Below are positions 16,500 to 24,527 of a stretch of 64,000 nucleotides of DNA, one piece after another. How positions within the stretch are numbered: the first letter of the stretch is position 1; every line of letters begins with the position of its first letter. The notes beneath the pieces were generated by a model. It had not been told where the DNA came from and ran no database searches. It worked only from the letters and a program-made list of their open reading frames with translations. The position numbers and the translations under genes were made by a program. The stretch comes from Desulfobacterales bacterium (lineage in GTDB: Bacteria; Desulfobacterota; Desulfobacteria; Desulfobacterales; JAHEIW01), in contig JASFNW010000006.1 in assembly GCA_050116835.1 (NCBI GenBank), positions 457-64,456 on the forward strand. The letters are read 5' to 3'.

Positions 16500-17525
16500 T
16501 TAGCATTCTTTTTGCTTGGAGTAGCCCGGAATCAACGTCTGGGAGCTGATGACACCTGAGATTGTCCGGATCTTGTTGTGTACAAAATCCCCGATTGTCT
16601 CGGCGTCCGAAGAAACCAGATCGCGTTTCAGCACGATTTTGGCAAGGACATCGACATTGCCGTGGACCGAATGGACCTCCTTGACCTCATCAAGTTTAAA
16701 CAGCTTATCGACAAACCGGATTTCCTTTTTTGCTTCAACATTGATCAGCACAAACGCGGTAATCTCCCGCAGCATCTCCGGGTATTGGGTTTCTTTTAAT
16801 TTGGCCATTTTGTCTCTAAACGCCTCCATGGTCTTGGGCACCAGCTGACTGATGCCGATCCCGTATCTGAGCCCGTGGTCATTTCTTTTCCACTGGTGTA
16901 CCGATATAAACGTATATAAATCCGCCAGGGTTCGGCCCGGAAAATGTTTGATCAAACCGCCTTTTTTGATAATGGCAATCAGCGGCCGGTAAACCGTATC
17001 AAACCAATCTCTGGCGGCATCCGGCAATGTTACCGGTTTATTCCTTTCTTTTGCAAGGAAATCCCGGTGCTCGGTTATCTGATCGATTAAAAGCTCATAT
17101 TGGCCAAAATCCGTCAGTTCGATCGTGTGGGGTAACTGGGTTTGGTCATCGAACTTGGCTTTTTCGCGGTAAAGCAAATTATCCAAGCTGCCTTCGGAAG
17201 GGAGAAATTCAGTGACCTTGGCCTGAATCTCGCTGTAGCCCAGTTCATTGGCCGCCGCGATGCGATGATTACCGTCCAGGGCATAATATTCATTTTTAAT
17301 CTGGAAAAGCTTTACCGGCGGCAGGGCCTTGCCCTCACGCATTGCGCTTTTAATTTTATCCAGCCGCTCAACCGGCACATGCGGGCGGATCCGAAAGCGT
17401 TCGTCAAAATCATTATAGCGGCCGACGCTGCCCACAATGCGTTCGAGCGCAACCAATCGAACCCCGCGATCGCGGGTTTCATAGGCGGCTTCTTTTTTCT
17501 GAACCTCTTTGAACGACTTGAGCAT
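16500..17525 (-). CDS. ParB/Srx-like N-terminal domain protein fused to a C-terminal Lrp/AsnC-type (RAM) ligand-binding domain
   Basis: 341 aa. ParB-like box ..PPVKLFQIKNEYYALDGNHRIAAANELGY... The C-terminal ~80 aa (AFVLINVEAKKE..EVKEVHSVHGNVDVLAKIVLKRD..IGDFVHNKIRTISGV) resemble the AsnC-family effector domain. GGAGGA RBS. Confidence 0.65.
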   Translation of the reverse strand: MLKSFKEVQKKEAAYETRDRGVRLVALERIVGSVGRYNDFDERFRIRPHVPVERLDKIKSAMREGKALPPVKLFQIKNEYYALDGNHRIAAANELGYSEIQAKVTEFLPSEGSLDNLLYREKAKFDDQTQLPHTIELTDFGQYELLIDQITEHRDFLAKERNKPVTLPDAARDWFDTVYRPLIAIIKKGGLIKHFPGRTLADLYTFISVHQWKRNDHGLRYGIGISQLVPKTMEAFRDKMAKLKETQYPEMLREITAFVLINVEAKKEIRFVDKLFKLDEVKEVHSVHGNVDVLAKIVLKRDLVSSDAETIGDFVHNKIRTISGVISSQTLIPGYSKQKEC

Positions 17526-17529
17526 CAGG

Positions 17530-18171
17530 TCATCCTCCGGTCGCCGCAGACATTTTCAGCAATTCGCCAGCGTCGTTTTTCTCATCGACATCAAACAGGT
17601 AATAGCCGTAGGTGTTGATCACGCAGGTGCGGTTGTAAAGCGTTATGCGCTGGGATGCATCGCTGAAATGCGTATGGATGTGCCCGTGAATAAAATAGGT
17701 TGGCGAATATTTTTCAATCAACCACCGGAAACTTTTAAATCCCCTGTGGCACCGATCTTCGGCATCGTGGATATGACGCGGGGGTGCATGTGTCATGACG
17801 ATATCGATGCCCTTGCGTCGCCAGATGCGAGGGCGCAAACGTTGTATCCTCCAGTACATCTCGCGCTCGGTATACTGGTTGGGCCCGCCGTTGTACCAGC
17901 GGGAGCCTTCCAGCCCCAGAATGCTTTTCCCTTTAAAATCAGCCAGATCATGGGCCAGATGGGTACAGCCTGCGGGCGACCGCTCGTGCCGCAGGTCATG
18001 ATTACCGCGCACAAAATAAAGCGGCGCATTGAGGCGATCCGCCAGAAACGATAGATACTCCGGCGGCAAATCCCCGCATGCCAGTATAAGTTCAACATTT
18101 TCAAACCGCCGGCGATCAAATTGATCATACAGGATGGATTCAACCCGATCAGAAACTGTTAAAACCCTCAT
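17530..18171 (-). CDS. calcineurin-like metallophosphoesterase
   Basis: 213 aa with MPE motifs: VSDR (D-x-H-type position), ACGDL, VRGNHD, MTHAPP, GHIH. It ends 4 nt from the ParB-like gene, so the two likely form an operon. Confidence 0.8.
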   Translation of the reverse strand: MRVLTVSDRVESILYDQFDRRRFENVELILACGDLPPEYLSFLADRLNAPLYFVRGNHDLRHERSPAGCTHLAHDLADFKGKSILGLEGSRWYNGGPNQYTEREMYWRIQRLRPRIWRRKGIDIVMTHAPPRHIHDAEDRCHRGFKSFRWLIEKYSPTYFIHGHIHTHFSDASQRITLYNRTCVINTYGYYLFDVDEKNDAGELLKMSAATGG

Positions 18172-18226
18172 TTAAGGCCTCTTGCAGATGATGTCATTCT
18201 ATTTTAAGGCCGTATGAAAACTGCCC

Positions 18227-18264
18227 CAAAAAACAAAAAGGGAACCAGATTGAAGCTGATTCCC
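18227..18264 (-). terminator. rho-independent terminator (minus strand)
   Basis: The minus strand reads GGGAATCAG-CTTCAAT-CTGGTTCCC followed by TTTTTGTTTTTTG. It lies 35 nt downstream of the small ORF 18299-18466. Confidence 0.7.
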
Positions 18265-18298
18265 TTATTGGCGTTTGCGGTGAAAAACTGGTCTGTGA

Positions 18299-18466
18299 TC
18301 ACTCTTTGTCGTTTTCTTCTTCCTCACGTTTTCGCCGGTCTTCATTTGACCGCCTTTCAGGAATGTATTCAGTGTAGGAAAATTGACGCCGATCGACACG
18401 TGAACGACGATCTTCTTTGCTGGATTCTTTCTTATTCGATTTATCCGGTGTCTTTTTTGCTGCCAT
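18299..18466 (-). CDS. small basic/acidic protein with DRR repeats (below the ORF-track cutoff)
   Basis: 55 codons: MAAKKTPDKSNKKESSKEDRRSRVDRRQFSYTEYIPERRSNEDRRKREEEENDKE, stop TGA at 18299-18301. Its own terminator follows at 18227-18264. The two >60-aa track ORFs covering this stretch (18214-18498 +, 18265-18495 -) look like low-complexity shadows. Confidence 0.4.
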   Translation of the reverse strand: MAAKKTPDKSNKKESSKEDRRSRVDRRQFSYTEYIPERRSNEDRRKREEEENDKE

Positions 18467-18759
18467 TGCCAACCCCATTTGGACCCTCCAGACATTAAAT
18501 GTGTCCGAATTATTTATGTCAAATCCGACGAAAAATCAACTTTTATTTCCATTTCCCGCGCAACGGCTTTTCTAAGATAGCAAGGGGGGGGTTGCGTGCT
18601 ATAAAAACATTTTATAAAAAGTTCTTGAAAAGATCGGTGTCCATCCATTATTTTACCAAAGCGGCTGATGGTAAACAGAAAAGCGTTCCTATCGGAGCGC
18701 ACATAACCTTTTCCGCAGACACAATTCTGCATACGGATGCCATAACACGACACGGGGGA

Positions 18760-19050
18760 ATGATGATTGCCTATTACGTTCACGATGAAAAAAAAGAATA
18801 TGATACCATTGTCCTGCCGGATACGGATTGCAGCATCGCAGTAACAGCCGATATCTTTGAAAAATTTATTTCAGTGGAGCCGGACTTTTCCGAATGGTCG
18901 GGGGATGCGTGCGGCGATCTGTCTCCTGAAGACTTCGGTGTCGTCATTGCGACCCGGGAAGACGTGGGCGATGTGTGTGTGATTAATGACGAATTGTGGC
19001 GCAAGCGTATGTTTTTTTATATGAATAAGCCGAAAAGATCCCGACACTAG
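18760..19050 (+). CDS. hypothetical protein
   Basis: The track ORF 18499-19050 is open. GGGGGA lies directly upstream of ATGATG 18760 (MMIAYYVHDEKKEYDTIVLPDTDC..), giving a ~96-aa acidic protein. The upstream part of the ORF looks non-coding. No motif recognised. Confidence 0.4.
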   Translation: MMIAYYVHDEKKEYDTIVLPDTDCSIAVTADIFEKFISVEPDFSEWSGDACGDLSPEDFGVVIATREDVGDVCVINDELWRKRMFFYMNKPKRSRH

Positions 19051-19116
19051 CCGTTTTGACCGGCGCGAAAAAGGCGCCTGTGGAACCGCCAAGATCCATT
19101 ACAAGAGAGATAAAAA

Positions 19117-20805
19117 ATGAAAACGGATTTTATGTTCGAAAGTAAACGTTTAGCGGACAACATGGTCTTGACCGTAATTTTGATTGCGACCATTTATTGG
19201 GTTCTGGATTCAATTTTGAATCTGTTTTTTTCCAACCGGTTTAACCTGATCGCTGAACTTTTTGGCCCAGACCTGTATAATGTTTATATCCGAGTGATTG
19301 TATTGTGCCTGTTCATCATCTTCGGCTCCCACGCACAAGCGATTATAAACAAGCTGAAAGTGGCCAAGAAAAAATTGAATGAATCAGAAGAGCTTTGGCG
19401 TTCTCTGGTGGAAACAGCGCCGGACATCATCACGACGGTCGATCGCGAGGGCACGATTCACTTTATCAATCAGCCTACCGGAATACTGACACCGGATCAA
19501 ATGACGGGAAGATGCTTTTATGACTTTCTGCCGCAAGCCTATAAGGAGATGGCGATGGATAGCGTTGATAGTGTATTTCGAACCGGTGAAACCGATAGCT
19601 TCGAAGTCCTCATGGGCGAGAACAGCGACTCGACATGGTATACTTACCGGGTTGGCCCGTTGCGGATCAGCGGAAAAGTGGTCGCGGCCACTATCATTGC
19701 GTCAAATACCACTGAATTTAAACAGGCCGAAGAGCTCAGGCGATACAAAGAGTTATTTGACAATGTGGCCGAAGGTGTTTTTATCCTCAGTCGCAACGGG
19801 CAGTTTATCGAAACCAACGAGCGTGTTCTTGAAATGACGGGGTATTCCAAAGAAGAGCTTTTAAGGTTAAATCTAGCTGATTTGGTTGAGCCCGATCAAA
19901 TCGACTTTGTGAAAAAAACGATGGCAAAAGTAAATCGCGTAAAGGAAATCCGATTCGAACTGAACCTCAAAACCAAGTCCAACAGCCGCATCCCCAACGA
20001 AATTAATTGCCGTCATGTCTCCTATCTGGGTGAATTTTGCTATCTGTGTGTCGCCCGGGACATTACCCAGACCAAAATGCTTCAGAACCAATTGATCCGC
20101 TCCGAGAGGCTGGCCGCCACCGGTCAACTGGCGGCCTCCATTGCGCATGAAATCAATTCGCCCCTGCAGGGAATAACAGCCCTGATCAATGTTATTCGAA
20201 ACCAGCATAAGAACGATAAAAAATTATTGGAGCAACTGGATCTGGTTAGAAACGCATTTGAAAGCATTCGGGATACAGTCCGTAACCTGATCGATCTTAA
20301 CCGACCGGGCAAGGAGAAAAAACAGCAGGTGGATGTCAATCAGGTGATCGAAAATACCGCAACACTGGTTCGCAGTTACTTAACCAAAAGCCAGGTGAAA
20401 ATGAATCTGAATACGGCCGCCAAAAACCCCGTTTTGACAGCATCACCGCAACAGCTGGGACAGGTTCTGATGAACCTGATCAACAATGCCGTCGAATCCA
20501 TTACCGGGACGCCGGAATTTCAAAAAAAACTAAAAGAAAATCCGGCCTATAAGGGAGAGATCGTTATTGAGACCTTCAATGAAAACAAAGAACTGGTTAT
20601 CAAGGTCAAAGACAACGGACCGGGCATTGCCGATAACGACCTGGAACGCATTTTTGATCCATTTTTCACCCGCAAAAAAACCATGGGAATGGGTGTGGGG
20701 CTGTCTATTTGCCACGGTATCATCCAGGATCATAAGGGCTATATCATCGCCGGCAATGACAAAGACGGGGGGGCTGTTTTTACGATTACCCTACCGCTTA
20801 AATAG
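19117..20805 (+). CDS. membrane PAS-PAS sensor histidine kinase
   Basis: 562 aa. N-terminal TM helices, two PAS modules, H-box IAHEINSPLQG, HATPase_c (NLINNAVES, DNGPGI, GMGVGL). Confidence 0.85.
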   Translation: MKTDFMFESKRLADNMVLTVILIATIYWVLDSILNLFFSNRFNLIAELFGPDLYNVYIRVIVLCLFIIFGSHAQAIINKLKVAKKKLNESEELWRSLVETAPDIITTVDREGTIHFINQPTGILTPDQMTGRCFYDFLPQAYKEMAMDSVDSVFRTGETDSFEVLMGENSDSTWYTYRVGPLRISGKVVAATIIASNTTEFKQAEELRRYKELFDNVAEGVFILSRNGQFIETNERVLEMTGYSKEELLRLNLADLVEPDQIDFVKKTMAKVNRVKEIRFELNLKTKSNSRIPNEINCRHVSYLGEFCYLCVARDITQTKMLQNQLIRSERLAATGQLAASIAHEINSPLQGITALINVIRNQHKNDKKLLEQLDLVRNAFESIRDTVRNLIDLNRPGKEKKQQVDVNQVIENTATLVRSYLTKSQVKMNLNTAAKNPVLTASPQQLGQVLMNLINNAVESITGTPEFQKKLKENPAYKGEIVIETFNENKELVIKVKDNGPGIADNDLERIFDPFFTRKKTMGMGVGLSICHGIIQDHKGYIIAGNDKDGGAVFTITLPLK

Positions 20806-20831
20806 GTTGGAAAACAGAAGTCAGAGGTCAA

Positions 20832-22046
20832 TTAGAAGCCGTGTTTTTCGACGGGGGCAGCCCGGGTCGGATTCTGGTTCTCAGATTCAGCCTGCAAATT
20901 GACAAATATTTTTTGCGGGGCGACCCGATCAATTTTAACCCCGAATGGCAAAAACATATTTTTGGCCGAAAGCCGGATGAAGTGCCTGCCGGCATCGATA
21001 TTGCTCAGGTCGACACTCACCTGCACATCTTTATCTTTAAGGGTTCGAATTTTATTGCGCCGTCCCGACAGGGTTAAATCAACAGTTGTCGTCGATCCTT
21101 CGCCCACGATCAGCTGATCGGGAACGTGGATATATTGCACGGGTACCGCGACGGTCAGCTCTGATTCCTGCTGACTTGCCAGGGCGAACCACGCAATTGT
21201 GACAAGGGCCAGCGCACCGAGCTTGGTTCGCCAATTTTCGACAAAAAGCCCTTTAAAGAAATCCTTTACGGCGGGCACGTTGATTTGCGGGCCGCCGATC
21301 ACTTCATTCAGGTGTGCCGTTAATGCGTCCGGATCCTGCCAGGTGACAATTTTTCCGCCCGTTACCGTGGCAACCTCCGAGCGCTCTTCGGAAACCACCA
21401 GACATACCGCATCCGTGACTTCAGACAGGCCCAGCGCTGCCCGATGACGCGTGCCGTATTGAGCCGGCAAATTTTCATTCTCCGATAACGGTAGAATACA
21501 GCCCATCTGGGTAATACGGTCCTGATTTATGATAATGGCGCCGTCATGCGCCGGCGCATGGCGGTTAAATATACTTTTGATCAGGGCCGGATCGGGCAGG
21601 GCCATAATGGGCTGACCGGCGTGAATAAATTCGGAGGGGTTGTCGTTTCTGACCAGTACCATCAAAGCACCGGTCCGGTCGGCAGCCATTTCAAATAGCA
21701 TCTGACACAGTTCTTTGCCAAAAGTCTTCTTGAAAGCACGTCGACGGGATCGCAGGTAGCGCATGGGGCTGACTCTTTCAAGAACCTGGCGGATTTCACT
21801 CTGAAACAAAATCAGCAATAAAATAAGAAGGACTTGCCAAAGGATTTGAAAGACCCATGTGGTCAAATAAAGGTCCCACAATTTGGCGATCGAATAAACC
21901 CCGCCCAGAGCCACCAGGCCGATAATAACCCGCAATGCGCGACTTTCACGGAACCACACGTATAAATGGTAAACAACAACCGTCAGAAACAAGATATCGA
22001 CAATATCGCGCCACATGGGCGTCGGAATAAGACCAATCAGGTACAC
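20832..22046 (-). CDS. cdaA: diadenylate cyclase CdaA fused to a YbbR/CdaR-like domain
   Basis: N-terminal TM helices are followed by a DAC domain (..TGALMVL..HDGAIII..GTRHRAALGLSE..VVSEERSEVA..). Then comes a further TM segment and a C-terminal YbbR-like beta-domain (ELTVAVPVQYIHVPDQL..VDLSNIDAGRHFIRL..). Start set at GTG 22046 (GGAG 6 nt upstream); ATG 22016 is also possible. The track start at 22109 is unlikely. Confidence 0.8.
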   Translation of the reverse strand: MYLIGLIPTPMWRDIVDILFLTVVVYHLYVWFRESRALRVIIGLVALGGVYSIAKLWDLYLTTWVFQILWQVLLILLLILFQSEIRQVLERVSPMRYLRSRRRAFKKTFGKELCQMLFEMAADRTGALMVLVRNDNPSEFIHAGQPIMALPDPALIKSIFNRHAPAHDGAIIINQDRITQMGCILPLSENENLPAQYGTRHRAALGLSEVTDAVCLVVSEERSEVATVTGGKIVTWQDPDALTAHLNEVIGGPQINVPAVKDFFKGLFVENWRTKLGALALVTIAWFALASQQESELTVAVPVQYIHVPDQLIVGEGSTTTVDLTLSGRRNKIRTLKDKDVQVSVDLSNIDAGRHFIRLSAKNMFLPFGVKIDRVAPQKIFVNLQAESENQNPTRAAPVEKHGF

Positions 22047-22266
22047 AGGTGACTCCGTATTCGATTCGCAGACACGTCTGGCCCGGCAAGAACAGTTTCT
22101 TGCGGCCACCGAATTTTAAGAGGATATAAAAGAATTCTAACAGGATAACCGGCATTCGTCAATTTTGCCGCCGCCGCCGGATTTTATAACGTTAAGAGGA
22201 AAGGCGATATTTGCAAAGATATGACAGTGATAAAAAAACGCGTAAATCGATGGCCTTAGCCCCACA

Positions 22267-22617
22267 TTAGCCTGCATAGGGTTTCCCGCATTCTTTACAG
22301 CGCCCATCCGGACCGATGACGCCGATGCAGCTTTCATCACTGCAAAGCGTGCGATTTTCCCAGTCATCGCCATTGTCGGATGTCGGTGGCACATCAGCAA
22401 CTGCCGCATCGGCTGCCTGGTTTTCATAAGATTCGGCAGTGTGGGCTTTATCTTCAGTTTGCTCTTTTTCATAAGGCCGGCCACATTCCTTACAGCGCCC
22501 ATCGGGGCCGATGACGCCGATGCAACTTTCATCGCGGCACAAGATGCGATTTTCCCATTTGTTATCATCCGATTCATTTTCCTCTTCGCCGTTAAATTCG
22601 ACAGGCTCTTCCGACAT
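22267..22617 (-). CDS. acidic protein with two tandem zinc-ribbon-like repeats
   Basis: 116 aa. WENRILCRDESCIGVIGPDGRCKECGRPY and WENRTLCSDESCIGVIGPDGRCKECGKPY (C-x4-C..C-x2-C) are separated by an acidic linker. The stop lies 3 nt from the HAD gene. Confidence 0.6.
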   Translation of the reverse strand: MSEEPVEFNGEEENESDDNKWENRILCRDESCIGVIGPDGRCKECGRPYEKEQTEDKAHTAESYENQAADAAVADVPPTSDNGDDWENRTLCSDESCIGVIGPDGRCKECGKPYAG

Positions 22618-22619
22618 TT

Positions 22620-23237
22620 CTACACCTCCAGTAAGCTTTCAAGTTCTTTTAGACTTTCGATATGATAGGGTGCCGGCAAGGCTTCGTTGCGATACGCGAC
22701 GAAGGGCACATTTGCCGCTTGCGCCGCCTCGGCATCCACCTGTGAATCGCCCACATACAGGGCCTGATCGGAGGCGACACCAAAATGGGATATGACTTTC
22801 AGCAACATGTCCGGGTGCGGCTTGGGTCGCGGGATATCAACCGAGGTGACCACCAGATCAAAATAATCGGTTAATTTAAATTCAGCCAGCAGCCGATCGA
22901 TCGTATCGGTACGGTTGGTTGCAATAGCAGTGCTGAATTGGGGCCTTATCCGTTTGAGCAGCGCGGCCAGATCAGGTTCAACTTTCAAATATTTAATGAA
23001 TTGGCCGTAATCCATCTGTCGACGATAGGCGTGCACCGCCGCAATGCTTTGCGCGCCACCGAATAGATGTGCGATGGATTCATTTAATGTATGCTGATGG
23101 GCATAGGCAAACTGATCGGCCGTCATTGCCGGTTTGCCGAAATGCGCCAGAATATGATTGTAATACGCCCGGTTGGCCGCTTCGGTGTCAAAAAGAACGC
23201 CGTCGCAGTCAAATGCAACAACACGAATATTTTTCAT
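22620..23237 (-). CDS. HAD-IA family hydrolase (phosphoglycolate-phosphatase-like)
   Basis: 205 aa. Motif I FDCDGVLFDT, motif II ATNR, motif III/IV K..YVGDSQVDAEAA. Confidence 0.8.
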   Translation of the reverse strand: MKNIRVVAFDCDGVLFDTEAANRAYYNHILAHFGKPAMTADQFAYAHQHTLNESIAHLFGGAQSIAAVHAYRRQMDYGQFIKYLKVEPDLAALLKRIRPQFSTAIATNRTDTIDRLLAEFKLTDYFDLVVTSVDIPRPKPHPDMLLKVISHFGVASDQALYVGDSQVDAEAAQAANVPFVAYRNEALPAPYHIESLKELESLLEV

Positions 23238-23243
23238 ATGGAT

Positions 23244-24320
23244 TTACTGGGTTTGCTCTTTTTTTTCTGCGGGCCGTTGCCGCAGATCACCATAAACCCG
23301 GATTCTCAGTTTGGGCTGAATCTTGCTGTCAGTTTCCAGAGTGATCATATCAAAATAGCGCCCTTGCTGTAATCGCTTGTTTTCAATTAGCAGCGCGTAA
23401 ACCGGTCCATGCTCGCCTTTTTCTTCCGACAGTTCAAAACGAATATCTTTCCCGTCTCTGGCACTGACCTTAACGATTTTGAAAGGATATTTCTTTTCAG
23501 GAGTAATCATCACTTTTCTTTTGATCTTATCTCCGGCTACCCCCCGCAATTTAACCCGGTTGGGCTTTATGGTAACAAATTTATTTACGCTACCGCTAAC
23601 GGTAAGCTTCAACCGTGGGTTTTTTTCATCGTTCGTGAAAAGAGTGGCACGTTTGCGGATCATTTGGCCGCCCTTATTATGGGTGTTTACCTTAAGCGTT
23701 ACTTTGCCCTCACCACCGGGAGGGATCTGCCTCGTGTAAGAGGCCGCCGTGCACCCTCAGTCGGTCTTAACTCTGCGAATTTCGAGCGGGGCCGAGCCCT
23801 TGTTCTGAACGACAAATGCATGGGCAACCTCCTGGCCTTCAACCACCGGATTGAATCTGTAGACGGCGGCGGGAAGAACTGCCAGCGGCTGCTTATGGGA
23901 AATCTGCAAAATCTCGACGCGTTCACTCCGCACAGAATCTTGGCTGCCACTCTTTTGCGCTGTGGTTTGAGTGTCAGCAAATGTTCTGGTTATCAGACGG
24001 CTTTTGGCAATACCTTGTTTTAAAAACCATTGTTGAACAGCCTGGACCCGTTTTTGTGAAACCGCATGATTCTCCTGAGGGGTGCCATTTTGATGGGCGT
24101 ATCCTACAATGCGCAGCCCCATGGCCGGATCGCCCTTTAGCGCTGCCTGAATTTTCTGTAAATCATGTTCAAATTTCGGATTGATCTCGGCGGAATCAAT
24201 TTTAAAATAAAGCGTCGCCAAATCGACCGGCAAGCTGTCTGCTCTGGCGCCGTGAGCATGGGTGACAAAGCAACCGATATATAAAGCGAAACCAAAGATT
24301 GCACCTGCCTTTTTTAACAT
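23244..24320 (-). CDS. exported OmpA-like / DUF1573 protein with in-frame TGA (candidate selenocysteine) at 23757-23759
   Basis: Track ORFs 23757-24320 and 23244-23663 are in the same frame. Only TGA plus 31 sense codons separate them. Read-through gives ..GSAPLEIRRVKTD-U-GCTAASYTRQIPPGGEGKVTLKVNTHNKGGQMIRKRATLFTNDEKNP... This is the DUF1573 hallmark (..SCGCT...I.PG..G.I.V......G...K.I...SN) with TGA at the first Cys. The N-terminus has a signal peptide and an OmpA-C-like domain. Confidence 0.6.
23700..23759 (-). promoter_or_regulatory. candidate SECIS region 3' of the in-frame UGA
   Basis: The mRNA is UGAGGGUGCACGGCGGCCUCUUACACGAGGCAGAUCCCUCCCGGUGGUGAGGGC. Possible helices by eye: GAGGG/CCCUC lower stem with GCCUC/GAGGC upper stem (loop UUACAC), or CCCUC/GAGGG with a GGU-containing loop. 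Not scored against a SECIS model. Confidence 0.3.
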
Positions 24321-24527
24321 TAGACTTACTCCTTCCGTAATCTAAAAATTGACTGACTATAGAAATTTTATGTTGCCTGTTCATGGATGTCAAGCATCTG
24401 GCGATTAAGCGTCTGATTATCTTCGTTTTTACGCTCTTGCTAGATTCGATCGGCGCATAAAAAAACCGGTCGAATAACGTTTGAATTTTGTTCGAGGGCA
24501 CGGCGCAATCTTTTTTTTGATAAATTT

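Noticed and set aside
22137-22577. 146-aa minus-strand ORF overlapping the zinc-ribbon gene in another frame.
   Set aside because: The 22267-22617 frame shows an exact internal duplication with Cys ligand sets and tight coupling to its neighbours. This frame has none of these features.
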